Assembly: GCA_012295275.1 (NCBI GenBank)
Contig: CM022665.1
Span: 31,124,001 to 31,188,000 of the forward strand
Source: Chrysomallon squamiferum
Lineage: Eukaryota; Animalia; Mollusca
DNA length: 64,000 nt
Direction of reading: 5' to 3'
The notes beneath the pieces are model-generated. The model ran no database searches and was not told where the DNA came from. It saw only the letters and a program-made list of their open reading frames with translations. Both the position numbers and the translations under genes were made by a program. Position 1 is the stretch's first letter. Every line of letters begins with the position of its first letter. Shown piece by piece: positions 40,901-54,410 of this stretch.

Positions 40901-43900
40901 AGGCGAAAATGAAGAGGAGAATCTACACATGCACCTTCTGGTTAAGAATGGTGCATGCGAAGGACATCACCGAAACGGTAAACAGAAATGCCTGTACAAT
41001 TTGTGAAGAACAAATGAAAAAAAGTGCAGAATAAAAAAATATTTGGTTTACAAAAAGTGATCAAAATAAAATGAAATATATTAATAGTAATACAAATAAT
41101 AATAGTGGTAGCATTGAGAATGACAACAATGATGATCTCAAGAACAATAACAACGATGACATCATCATCATTATCAAAGGGAATAATAGGTATTGTCATT
41201 ACGATGATAGTAGTGAGGGTAACTCTAGTAATGATGGAATTAATTTTACATTTTTTTCAAATTTCATAATAAAATACTGACATTTCTACGGTTTGCTTTC
41301 TCAGGACGACAAGAGGAAAATGAAGAGGAGAATCTACACATGCACCTTCTGGTTAAGAATGGTGCATGCGAAGGACATCACCTAAATGGTAAACAGAAAT
41401 GCGTGTTCGTTTTTTTTGAAGATGAAATTAATAAAAAGGAAAAATAAAAAAGTTATTTCTTTACAAAAAGCAATTAAAATAGAATGAAACAACTTAATAG
41501 TAATAATGTTAATAAAAATAATACTATTAGTGACAGTATTATATTTAATTAAAAACGTCATCATCATGAAAGAGAATTTAAGAACAAGATATGATTAAAA
41601 CAGTAAGAGTAATACTAGTAATCATGGAATTAATTTTGTATTTGTTTTAATGTTCCTTACATGAACTACTGACATATTTACATTTGTTTTCACAGGATGA
41701 GAAGAGGAGAATGAAGACAGGAGTAAACGGCTGGAGTCAGGAATGGGTTTTAATTTTTGGGGTTTTGCCGGCATTTGGGTGGGCGTGTATGCATTTTAAC
41801 GTAGGCATCAGACTCTTAATACTGATGTCTACACATGCATGTTCTGCTTTATAATCCGTAGGTCCCATAGGTAATGAAGGTGAAAGAATCCTGCAGGAGA
41901 AAGACATCACCTGAATGGTAAAGAGAAATGCCTGTACATTTTTTAAAAGAAGATTGACAAAAAAGAAAAGTATTGGTTTCATAAAAAGTAATTAAAGGAA
42001 GTGAGATAAGATAAAATAAAATAAAATAAAATAAAGTGATTATAACAATAGCAAAAACAATAATGGCAGTACTGAAAATGAGAATAATAATGAGAATAAC
42101 AACAAAAACAACAATTACAACAACATCATCACGAACATCTTCATCATCAGAGACAATAAGTCTTATATGATGATGCTAATAATATTAATAGTAATATAAA
42201 TAATAATAATGGTAGTATTGACAATGACAATAATAATGATCTCAAGAACAATAACAACGATAACATCATCAAAGGGAATAATAAGTAGATTTTTTGAAGA
42301 TGAAATTAATAAAAAGGAAAAATAAAAGTATTTTCTTTACAAAAAGTAATTAAAATAGAATGAAACAACTTAATAGTAATAATGTTAATATAAATAATAT
42401 TATTAGTGATAGTACTGATAATGACAGTATTATATTTAATTAAAAACATCATCATTATCATGAAAGAGAATTTAAGAACAAGATATGATTAAAACAGTAA
42501 GAGTAATACTAGTAATCATGGAATTAATTTTGTATTTGTTTTAATGTTCGTTACATGAACTACTGACATATTTAGATTTGTTTTCACAGGATGAGAAGGC
42601 GAAAATGAAGAGGAGAATCTACACATGCACCTTCTGGTTAAGAATGGTGCATGCGAAGGACATCACCGAAACGGTAAACAGAAATGCCTGTACAATTTGT
42701 GAAGAACAAATGAAAAAAGTGCAGAATAAAAATATTTGGTTTACAAAAAGTGATCAAAATAAAATGAAATATATTAATAGTAATACAAATAATAATAGTG
42801 GTAGCATTGAGAATGACAACAATGATGATCTCAAGAACAATAACAACGATGACATCATCATCATTATCAAAGGGAATAATAGGTATTGTCATTACGATGA
42901 TAGTAGTGAGGGTAACTCTAGTAATGATGGAATTAATTTTACATTTTTTTCAAATTTCATAATAAAATACTGACATTTCTACGGTTTGCTTTCTCAGGAC
43001 GACAAGAGGAAAATGAAGAGGAGAATCTACACATGCACCTTCTGGTTAAGAATGGTGCATGCGAAGGACATCACCTAAATGGTAAACAGAAATGCGTGTG
43101 TTTTTTTTTTGAAGATGAAATTAATAAAAAGGAAAAATAAAAGTTATTTCTTTACAAAAAGCAATTAAAATAGAATGAAACAACTTAATAGTAATAATGT
43201 TAATAAAAATAATACTATTAGTGACAGTATTATATTTAATTAAAAACGTCATCATCATGAAAGAGAATTTAAGAACAAGATATGATTAAAACAGTAAGAG
43301 TAATACTAGTAATCATGGAATTAATTTTGTATTTGTTTTAATGTTCCTTACATGAACTACTGACATATTTACATTTGTTTTCACAGGATGAGAAGAGGAG
43401 AATGAAGACAGGAGTAAACGGCTGGAGTCAGGAATGGGTTTTTAATTTTTGGGGTTTTGCCGGCATTTGGGTGGGCGTGTATGCATTTTAACGTAGGCAT
43501 CAGACTCTTAATACTGATGTCTACACATGCATGTTCTGCTTTATAATCCGTAGGTCCCATAGGTAATGAAGGTGAAAGAATCCTGCAGGAGAAAGACATC
43601 ACCTGAATGGTAAAGAGAAATGCCTGTACATTTTTTAAAAAAGAAGATTGACAAAAAAGAAAAGTATTGGTTTCATAAAAAAAGTAATTAAAGGAAGTGA
43701 GATAAGATAAAATAAAATAAAATAAAATAAAGTGATTATAACAATAGCAAAAACAATAATGGCAGTACTGAAAATGAGAATAATAATGAGAATAACAACA
43801 AAAACAACAATTACAACAACATCATCACGAACATCTTCATCATCAGAGACAATAAGTCTTATATGATGATGCTAATAATATTAATAGTAATATAAATAAT

Positions 43901-46900
43901 AATAATGGTAGTATTGACAATGACAATAATAATGATCTCAAGAACAATAACAACGATAACATCATCAAAGGGAATAATAAGTAGATTTTTTGAAGATGAA
44001 ATTAATAAAAAGGAAAAATAAAAGTATTTTCTTTACAAAAAGTAATTAAAATAGAATGAAACAACTTAATAGTAATAATGTTAATATAAATAATATTATT
44101 AGTGATAGTACTGATAATGACAGTATTATATTTAATTAAAAACATCATCATTATCATGAAAGAGAATTTAAGAACAAGATATGATTAAAACAGTAAGAGT
44201 AATACTAGTAATCATGGAATTAATTTTGTATTTGTTTTAATGTTCGTTACATGAACTACTGACATATTTAGATTTGTTTTCACAGGATGAGAAGGCGAAA
44301 ATGAAGAGGAGAATCTACACATGCACCTTCTGGTTAAGAATGGTGCATGCGAAGGACATCACCGAAACGGTAAACAGAAATGCCTGTACAATTTGTGAAG
44401 AACAAATGAAAAAAGTGCAGAATAAAAATATTTGGTTTACAAAAAGTGATCAAAATAAAATGAAATATATTAATAGTAATACAAATAATAATAGTGGTAG
44501 CATTGAGAATGACAACAATGATGATCTCAAGAACAATAACAACGATGACATCATCATCATTATCAAAGGGAATAATAGGTATTGTCATTACGATGATAGT
44601 AGTGAGGGTAACTCTAGTAATGATGGAATTAATTTTACATTTTTTTCAAATTTCATAATAAAATACTGACATTTCTACGGTTTGCTTTCTCAGGACGACA
44701 AGAGGAAAATGAAGAGGAGAATCTACACATGCACCTTCTGGTTAAGAATGGTGCATGCGAAGGACATCACCTAAATGGTAAACAGAAATGCGTGTTCGTT
44801 TTTTGAAGATGAAATTAATAAAAAGGAAAAATAAAAGTTATTTCTTTACAAAAAGCAATTAAAATAGAATGAAACAACTTAATAGTAATAATGTTAATAA
44901 AAATAATACTATTAGTGACAGTATTATATTTAATTAAAAACGTCATCATCATGAAAGAGAATTTAAGAACAAGATATGATTAAAACAGTAAGAGTAATAC
45001 TAGTAATCATGGAATTAATTTTGTATTTGTTTTAATGTTCCTTACATGAACTACTGACATATTTACATTTGTTTTCACAGGATGAGAAGAGGAGAATGAA
45101 GACAGGAGTAAACGGCTGGAGTCAGGAATGGGTTTTTAATTTTTGGGGTTTTGCCGGCATTTGGGTGGGCGTGTATGCATTTTAACGTAGGCATCAGACT
45201 CTTAATACTGATGTCTACACATGCATGTTCTGCTTTATAATCCGTAGGTCCCATAGGTAATGAAGGTGAAAGAATCCTGCAGGAGAAAGACATCACCTGA
45301 ATGGTAAAGAGAAATGCCTGTACATTTTTTAAAAGAAGATTGACAAAAAAGAAAAGTATTGGTTTCATAAAAAGTAATTAAAGGAAGTGAGATAAGATAA
45401 AATAAAATAAAATAAAATAAAGTGATTATAACAATAGCAAAAACAATAATGGCAGTACTGAAAATGAGAATAATAATGAGAATAACAACAAAAAAACAAC
45501 AATTACAACAACATCATCACGAACATCTTCATCATCAGAGACAATAAGTCTTATATGATGATGCTAATAATATTAATAGTAATATAAATAATAATAATGG
45601 TAGTATTGACAATGACAATAATAATGATCTCAAGAACAATAACAACGATAACATCATCAAAGGGAATAATAAGTAGATTTTTTGAAGATGAAATTAATAA
45701 AAAGGAAAAATAAAAGTATTTTCTTTACAAAAAGTAATTAAAATAGAATGAAACAACTTAATAGTAATAATGTTAATATAAATAATATTATTAGTGATAG
45801 TACTGATAATGACAGTATTATATTTAATTAAAAACATCATCATTATCATGAAAGAGAATTTAAGAACAAGATATGATTAAAACAGTAAGAGTAATACTAG
45901 TAATCATGGAATTAATTTTGTATTTGTTTTAATGTTCGTTACATGAACTACTGACATATTTAGATTTGTTTTCACAGGATGAGAAGGCGAAAATGAAGAG
46001 GAGAATCTACACATGCACCTTCTGGTTAAGAATGGTGCATGCGAAGGACATCACCGAAACGGTAAACAGAAATGCCTGTACAATTTGTGAAGAACAAATG
46101 AAAAAAGTGCAGAATAAAAATATTTGGTTTACAAAAAGTGATCAAAATAAAATGAAATATATTAATAGTAATACAAATAATAATAGTGGTAGCATTGAGA
46201 ATGACAACAATGATGATCTCAAGAACAATAACAACGATGACATCATCATCATTATCAAAGGGAATAATAGGTATTGTCATTACGATGATAGTAGTGAGGG
46301 TAACTCTAGTAATGATGGAATTAATTTTACATTTTTTTCAAATTTCATAATAAAATACTGACATTTCTACGGTTTGCTTTCTCAGGACGACAAGAGGAAA
46401 ATGAAGAGGAGAATCTACACATGCACCTTCTGGTTAAGAATGGTGCATGCGAAGGACATCACCTAAATGGTAAACAGAAATGCGTGTTCGTTTTTTGAAG
46501 ATGAAATTAATAAAAAGGAAAAATAAAAGTTATTTCTTTACAAAAAGCAATTAAAATAGAATGAAACAACTTAATAGTAATAATGTTAATAAAAATAATA
46601 CTATTAGTGACAGTATTATATTTAATTAAAAACGTCATCATCATGAAAGAGAATTTAAGAACAAGATATGATTAAAACAGTAAGAGTAATACTAGTAATC
46701 ATGGAATTAATTTTGTATTTGTTTTAATGTTCCTTACATGAACTACTGACATATTTACATTTGTTTTCACAGGATGAGAAGAGGAGAATGAAGACAGGAG
46801 TAAACGGCTGGAGTCAGGAATGGGTTTTTAATTTTTGGGGTTTTGCCGGCATTTGGGTGGGCGTGTATGCATTTTAACGTAGGCATCAGACTCTTAATAC

Positions 46901-49900
46901 TGATGTCTACACATGCATGTTCTGCTTTTATAATCCGTAGGTCCCATAGGTAATGAAGGTGAAAGAATCCTGCAGGAGAAAGACATCACCTGAATGGTAA
47001 AGAGAAATGCCTGTACATTTTTTTTAAAAGAAGATTGACAAAAAAAAAAAAGTATTGGTTTCATAAAAAGTAATTAAAGGAAGTGAGATAAGATAAAATA
47101 AAATAAAATAAAATAAAAAGTGATTATAACAATAGCAAAAACAATAATGGCAGTACTGAAAATGAGAATAATAATGAGAATAACAACAAAAACAACAATT
47201 ACAACAACATCATCACGAACATCTTCATCATCAGAGACAATAAGTCTTATATGATGATGCTAATAATATTAATAGTAATATAAATAATAATAATGGTAGT
47301 ATTGACAATGACAATAATAATGATCTCAAGAACAATAACAACGATAACATCATCAAAGGAATAATAAGTAGATTTTTTGAAGATGAAATTAATAAAAAGG
47401 AAAAATAAAAGTATTTTCTTTACAAAAAGTAATTAAAATAGAATGAAACAACTTAATAGTAATAATGTTAATATAAATAATATTATTAGTGATAGTACTG
47501 ATAATGACAGTATTATATTTAATTAAAAACATCATCATTATCATGAAAGAGAATTTAAGAACAAGATATGATTAAAACAGTAAGAGTAATACTAGTAATC
47601 ATGGAATTAATTTTGTATTTGTTTTAATGTTCGTTACATGAACTACTGACATATTTAGATTTGTTTTCACAGGATGAGAAGGCGAAAATGAAGAGGAGAA
47701 TCTACACATGCACCTTCTGGTTAAGAATGGTGCATGCGAAGGACATCACCGAAACGGTAAACAGAAATGCCTGTACAATTTGTGAAGAACAAATGAAAAA
47801 AGTGCAGAATAAAAATATTTGGTTTACAAAAAGTGATCAAAATAAAATGAAATATATTAATAGTAATACAAATAATAATAGTGGTAGCATTGAGAATGAC
47901 AACAATGATGATCTCAAGAACAATAACAACGATGACATCATCATCATTATCAAAGGGAATAATAGGTATTGTCATTACGATGATAGTAGTGAGGGTAACT
48001 CTAGTAATGATGGAATTAATTTTACATTTTTTTCAAATTTCATAATAAAATACTGACATTTCTACGGTTTGCTTTCTCAGGACGACAAGAGGAAAATGAA
48101 GAGGAGAATCTACACATGCACCTTCTGGTTAAGAATGGTGCATGCGAAGGACATCACCTAAATGGTAAACAGAAATGCGTGTTCGTTTTTTGAAGATGAA
48201 ATTAATAAAAAGGAAAAATAAAAGTTATTTCTTTACAAAAAGCAATTAAAATAGAATGAAACAACTTAATAGTAATAATGTTAATAAAAATAATACTATT
48301 AGTGACAGTATTATATTTAATTAAAAACGTCATCATCATGAAAGAGAATTTAAGAACAAGATATGATTAAAACAGTAAGAGTAATACTAGTAATCATGGA
48401 ATTAATTTTGTATTTGTTTTAATGTTCCTTACATGAACTACTGACATATTTACATTTGTTTTCACAGGATGAGAAGAGGAGAATGAAGACAGGAGTAAAC
48501 GGCTGGAGTCAGGAATGGGTTTTTAATTTTTGGGGTTTTGCCGGCATTTGGGTGGGCGTGTATGCATTTTAACGTAGGCATCAGACTCTTAATACTGATG
48601 TCTACACATGCATGTTCTGCTTTATAATCCGTAGGTCCCATAGGTAATGAAGGTGAAAGAATCCTGCAGGAGAAAGACATCACCTGAATGGTAAAGAGAA
48701 ATGCCTGTACATTTTTAAAAGAAGATTGACAAAAAAAAGAAAAGTATTGGTTTCATAAAAAAAGTAATTAAAGGAAGTGAGATAAGATAAAATAAAATAA
48801 AATAAAATAAAGTGATTATAACAATAGCAAAAACAATAATGGCAGTACTGAAAATGAGAATAATTATGAGAATAACAACAAAAACAACAATTACAACAAC
48901 ATCATCACGAACATCTTCATCATCAGAGACAATAAGTCTTATATGATGATGCTAATAATATTAATAGTAATATAAATAATAATAATGGTAGTATTGACAA
49001 TGACAATAATAATGATCTCAAGAACAATAACAACGATAACATCATCAAAGGGAATAATAAGTAGATTTTGAAGATGAAATTAATAAAAAGGAAAAATAAA
49101 AGTATTTTCTTTACAAAAAGTAATTAAAATAGAATGAAACAACTTAATAGTAATAATGTTAATATAAATAATATTATTAGTGATAGTACTGATAATGACA
49201 GTATTATATTTAATTAAAAACATCATCATTATCATGAAAGAGAATTTAAGAACAAGATATGATTAAAACAGTAAGAGTAATACTAGTAATCATGGAATTA
49301 ATTTTGTATTTGTTTTAATGTTCGTTACATGAACTACTGACATATTTAGATTTGTTTTCACAGGATGAGAAGGCGAAAATGAAGAGGAGAATCTACACAT
49401 GCACCTTCTGGTTAAGAATGGTGCATGCGAAGGACATCACCGAAACGGTAAACAGAAATGCCTGTACAATTTGTGAAGAACAAATGAAAAAAGTGCAGAA
49501 TAAAAATATTTGGTTTACAAAAAGTGATCAAAATAAAATGAAATATATTAATAGTAATACAAATAATAATAGTGGTAGCATTGAGAATGACAACAATGAT
49601 GATCTCAAGAACAATAACAACGATGACATCATCATCATTATCAAAGGGAATAATAAGTATTGTCATTATGATGATAGTAGTGAGGGTAACTCTAGTAATG
49701 ATGGAATTAATTTTACATTTTTTTCAAATTTCATAATAAAATACTGACATTTCTACGGTTTGCTTTCTCAGGACGACAAGAGGAAAATGAAGAGGAGAAT
49801 CTACACATGCACCTTCTGGTTAAGAATGGTGCATGCGAAGGACATCACCTAAATGGTAAACAGAAATGCGTGTTCGTTTTTTGAAGATGAAATTAGTAAA

Positions 49901-50000
49901 AAGGAAAAATAAAAGTTATTTCTTTACAAAAAGCAATTAAAATAGAATGAAACAAATTAATAGTAATAATGTTAATAAAAATAATACTATTAGTCATCAT
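28979..50000 (+). repeat. Tandem array, ~1695-bp higher-order unit (cassettes A+B+C), about 12.5 copies
   Basis: Homologous ORF starts at 34078, 35775, 37481, 39171, 42578, 44274, 45966, 47661 and 49352 (period ~1.69-1.71 kb). Copies differ mostly by homopolymer indels. Confidence 0.97.
45081..45303 (+). other. Exon-like cassette C, 223 nt (representative of 12 copies), with a stem-loop at 45173-45228
   Basis: TTGTTTTCACAG|GATGAGAAGAGG...ACATCACCTGAATG|GTAAAG. Shares both ends with A/B but has extra internal sequence. Confidence 0.45.
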
Positions 50001-50960
50001 CATCAAAGGAAGTGAGGTAAGATAAAATAAAATAAAATTACAACAATTACAACAACATCATCACGAACATTTTCATCATCAGAGAGAATAAGTGTTATAT
50101 GATGATGCTAATAAAAAGGGTAACGCCAGTAATAATGGAATTATATTTTTATTTGATTTAAAGTTTGTAAAATGAAATACTGATATTCCTACGGTTTGTT
50201 TTCCCTGGATGAGAAGAGGAAAATGAAGACCAGAGTCCACAGATGAAGCCATGAATGGGCTTTTCATTTTCCTTGGATTTCTGGCATTTGATTTGGAGTG
50301 TATTCATTTTAACGTAGACATACTGATGTCTACACATGCATGTTCTGCTTAAGAATGCGGCAGAAGGAAGACATCACGTAAACACAAATGCCTATACATT
50401 TTGTGAAGAAGAAAATAATATTAAGTGAAAAATAAAAACGTTTGCTTTAGAGTCATTTAAATAAAACGAAATAAATAAATAATAATAAAAGTCCTAATAG
50501 TATTAGAACTGATAATGACAATAATGAAGTTATCAAGAGGAATAACAACGATGACATCATCATCATCATCAACAAAGGGAATAATAAGAATTATCATGAT
50601 GATGATGGTAATGAGTGTAACACTAGTAATTATGGAATTAATACTGTATTTGTCTTAGAGTTTGTTAAATGAAATACTGACATTTCTACGGTTTGTTATC
50701 TCAGGATGAGAAGAGGAAAATGAAGAGGAGAAATGAATAAAAAGTGCAAAATAAAAATATTTGCTTTACAAAAAGTAATTAAAAGTAAATGAAGTTATTT
50801 ACTAGTAATAATAGTAATAATTCATACAATTATAATCAAAAACAAAAGTGTATTGGAAATATTTGCTTTACAAAAAGTTAATAATGAGTACTATCATGAT
50901 GATGTTTGTAATGTGGGTAATGCTAGTAATTACGGAATTAATTTTATATTTGTCTTTATA
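50000..50960 (+). repeat. Diverged edge monomers of the array (C-like copy at 50208, truncated copy at 50705)
   Basis: Recognisable GATGAGAAGAGGAAAATGAAG starts and intron-like motifs with many substitutions. The acceptor before 50208 is TG rather than AG. Confidence 0.85.
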
Positions 50961-51089
50961 AGTTTATAAGTTTGTTAAGTGAATCCTTGTCATTGATAGA
51001 GCTGTGAAATTTAAATTGAGCACAAGAAATTTGTAGTCATTCACAATGAACATAACATGCAAAAATTACACAAATAAAATAAAACAGAC

Positions 51090-51490
51090 AAATGACAAAT
51101 TCATTTATATCATTTATTCAGGCATTTTATGTGTATCATGATGACAAACACTCAAGTTTTAAATAAAATTAAAATATTAAGTAATAAAATATTCTGATAA
51201 ATACTATTAAGATTGTTAAAATAATAGTACAGAGAATATTTGACATAATATTTAAAACTAAACAACTTAAAGGACAATTCATTTATATCCTTTATTCAGA
51301 TATTTATAATTGTTTCACACTGCAATAACAGCACACAGAATATTTTATGTATTTCATGATGTCTAACAATGGCCAGACATTCAAGTTTAAAATAAAATTA
51401 AAATAATAGTAAGTATTGAAACATCATTTAAAATATTCTGATAAATATTATAAATATTGTTAAAATAACAGTACAAGAAATATTTGAGAG
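51090..51490. repeat. Diverged direct duplication (~150-215 bp, 2 copies)
   Basis: ATTCATTTATATC.TTTATTCAG...AAATAAAATTAAAATA...AAAATATTCTGATAAATA...ATTGTTAAAATAA.AGTACA occurs twice. Confidence 0.8.
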
Positions 51491-52148
51491 CAGCCATATA
51501 CATTGTATTGTTTGTAAAATATACTGCATTTAAAAAATAATAATTATAATATTAAATACAATTTTAAATATTCACAGAAGTTAGATATATAAATTTACAA
51601 CAATAATTTTAGATTAGGGAATTAAAACATAAATTTAGCATTGTAACAGAATGCTAACATTAAAAAGTATTATTTAATAAATACAGACACTAAACAAAAA
51701 ACAGCAAAAAAACCAACAAAAAAACCCAATGTCAGTTAAAACTAAAAAATTAATACAAATTATTGTGACAAACAGATCTAGATATATAGTATTGATTAAC
51801 AGTAACAATATAAACCTATATATTTAATCAATTTTGGATTAATGATTTAAAAAACACCATAAATTTAGCATTGTAACAAAATGCTAACAATAAAAATATC
51901 ATATACAAAAAAAAAAAAAAAAACCCCCCAAAACACTTCAGGAGTTAAAAAATAATGAAATTTATCGATTTATAATAACACATAAAAATATGGTACAAGA
52001 TATTAATCAAATAATATTCACAAAATATTACTGAATATATTCTATAAATGTAAGCCAATATATCAAAATACTTAAAAAATAATAATAAATTGTCATCTGT
52101 ATGTATTCTGACCAATGCCAGTGACACTAACAGAAACGGGAGCATGCT

Positions 52149-52480
52149 TGACAGTGTGACTGTGACAGGAAAGTGCTGGATGTGTCATAGTCACCCTTTC
52201 TGACCTTCGCCTGACAGTGCGACTCTGACAGTAAAGCGCTGTATGCGTCATAGTCACCCTTTCTGACCTTCGTCTGACAGTACAACTATGACAGAACGCT
52301 GGAGTGTGTCTGTCATAGTCACCCTTTCTATGACCTTCGCCTGACAGTGCGACTTTGACAGTAAAGTTCTGAAGTATGTTTGTCATAGTCACACTTTATA
52401 TCCAATGCAAAAAACTGCAACTGTGATAGTAAAAAGATGGAGTGTTTTTGTCACAGTCACTTTCCAACCTTCACCAGATA
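52149..52480. repeat. ~63-bp minisatellite, about 5 decaying copies
   Basis: TGACAGTGCGACTCTGACAGTAAAGCGCTG...GTCATAGTCACCCTTTCTGACCTTCGCC units start near 52149, 52212, 52275 and 52342. Confidence 0.9.
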
Positions 52481-53274
52481 GTAAAGAGTTGGGCTAATGA
52501 TGCCAAGGACTGTGACTGTGTCGGTGAAGGGGGAATATGCCTCTTATGGTCACTTTCTGATCAATGCTAATGCCACTGTCAGTTCTGTTTAAATAGAAAA
52601 AGATGACATTCTTGTTAAGTTGGCAGGCCACAGTGGAATACATGACTGTGTACAACAGGTGTTGTTAATGGCAGTGATTTGAACAGTTCAGTTTGGCCTG
52701 ATTGTAAAGAAATAAGAGTTTTGCAAGGATAGGTGAGATCACTAAGTTGATCAAATCAAAAGATATAAAGATATTTAACAAACAGTTTTAAAAAGTAAAG
52801 AAAAAACAAATTTAAATAAATAATTGAAAAATAAATAAATAAATAAATAAAAACATAAAAATGCCTAGACAAGGTTTCTATTACATACACAAATCAAATA
52901 CATTTCAGAATTAAAACATGTATGTAGCAACATCTATTTCCCCACCCAAGAATGATATTCTGTATATGGATGGGGCGAGAGAGGAAAAAAAAAAAAAAAA
53001 GGTTAGGAGTAAATGAAATTTCCTAATGGAATAAATAATAAGAATAAGAATAATAATAATTAACAGGAATTTTAAATAATAAGAATAAGAATAATAATAA
53101 TTAACAGGAATTTTAAAAGAGGAGGATATTTTTTATTTTTTAGTCTGTGCATCTGAGTTCGTATATTTGTTTCTATGTATGCATGTGTTGTTAACTGCTG
53201 TACTTTGATGACTGGAATTTTTGGAAATTAAAAATGTTCAAGATAAATAAAATTATTTATCTATATCAAAACAC

Positions 53275-53309
<35 letters not shown>

Positions 53310-54029
53310 AAATAACTTAACATTGAGCATTTCCCACAAGTTCAATTTTTCTGGTTAATTTATTTCAAGAATCTTACTTTTCAAGATTACAAGGTGTTTA
53401 CCAAGTATTATCTTGAAAATATTTTACTGATCTGTAACCTAACAAAACTGTTATTTGGACATCTTGGTTTAAGAAGACATAATACTGCACTATAAAAAAA
53501 AAAAAATAAGAGCAAAGAATTTGAAATGGAATGAATAGTGAATACTGTAATACCAGAACAATCTGCAAAATGACAGAATAGTGGTTATCTAGATAATTTG
53601 TTCTGAGTATATGAAGAGTCTCAGAGAATTCTCAGATGTTATGCTGAAGCAGTGAATGGAATGTATGCTAAAATCCAAGAACCATCCTCATAGTAATTTC
53701 TGTCCTGGTAACTTTCTTAAGGTTATTTATCATTTCAAAAAAATATGTAGAATATACCTTTCTATATATATTCAATATAACCTTTCTACAGTTGGTAGAT
53801 ATTCAATCCTGAGTTAAAGAAACAAATAATGATAAAATTCAAATTAAAATGTAATGTGTAAACTCACACTGTTTTACCTGGAAGAAATATTTTAAATAAC
53901 TTTTCTTGTCCAAATGGTCACATGTACATTGTATATGGTTTTCCCCTTAATATATTAAAGCTTATAAAAATAAAAATAAAATTATTAACAAATTAAACCA
54001 TAAATAATATTATTGACTGCACAAAAATC

Positions 54030-54410
54030 TATTTCCAGTTTAATCACTGTAACAAACAGAGGTAGTGTGTAAGTTTTTTCTTTTTTTCTTCTGTTTCTTT
54101 TCTTTTTCTTTCTGTCTGTTGTGTGTTTATGTGTATATGTATGTCAGTATGTGTGTATGTGTGTGAGTGAGTTTGTGAGTGTCTGTGTGTTTGTGTGTGT
54201 TCCATGTTTATCACTGAAATTCAACAGTTCAACTTGATGACACTCCCAGCATCTGTTGACCATCCATGATGAGATATTCCCCATGTGTAACACTGGACAG
54301 GAGTGACCCACCAGGTGGACAGATGTCCCATCAGCAGCATCACCACCCAGAAAATCCCTGTCACCGAAGGAGTGACCTCACAAGCCACCACCAGTCCTGA
54401 GTATGTGCAC
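54030..54410. repeat. GC-richer repeat copy 1 (diverged inverted homolog of 56245-56595)
   Basis: Its reverse complement CAGGACTG...TCCTTCGGTGACAGGGA...CTGGGTGGTGATGCTGCTGATGGGACATCTG...ACATGGGGAATATCTCATCATG...CAGTGATAAAC aligns with 56257-56478. Confidence 0.8.

Noticed and set aside
21764-49747. Repeated 103-132 aa 'MFSQDEK...' ORFs as a tandem gene family
   Set aside because: They start at TTG inside the pyrimidine tract and run into N/I/D-rich triplet-repeat spacer, with frameshifts between copies. Only the 84-nt cassette is plausible as an exon.
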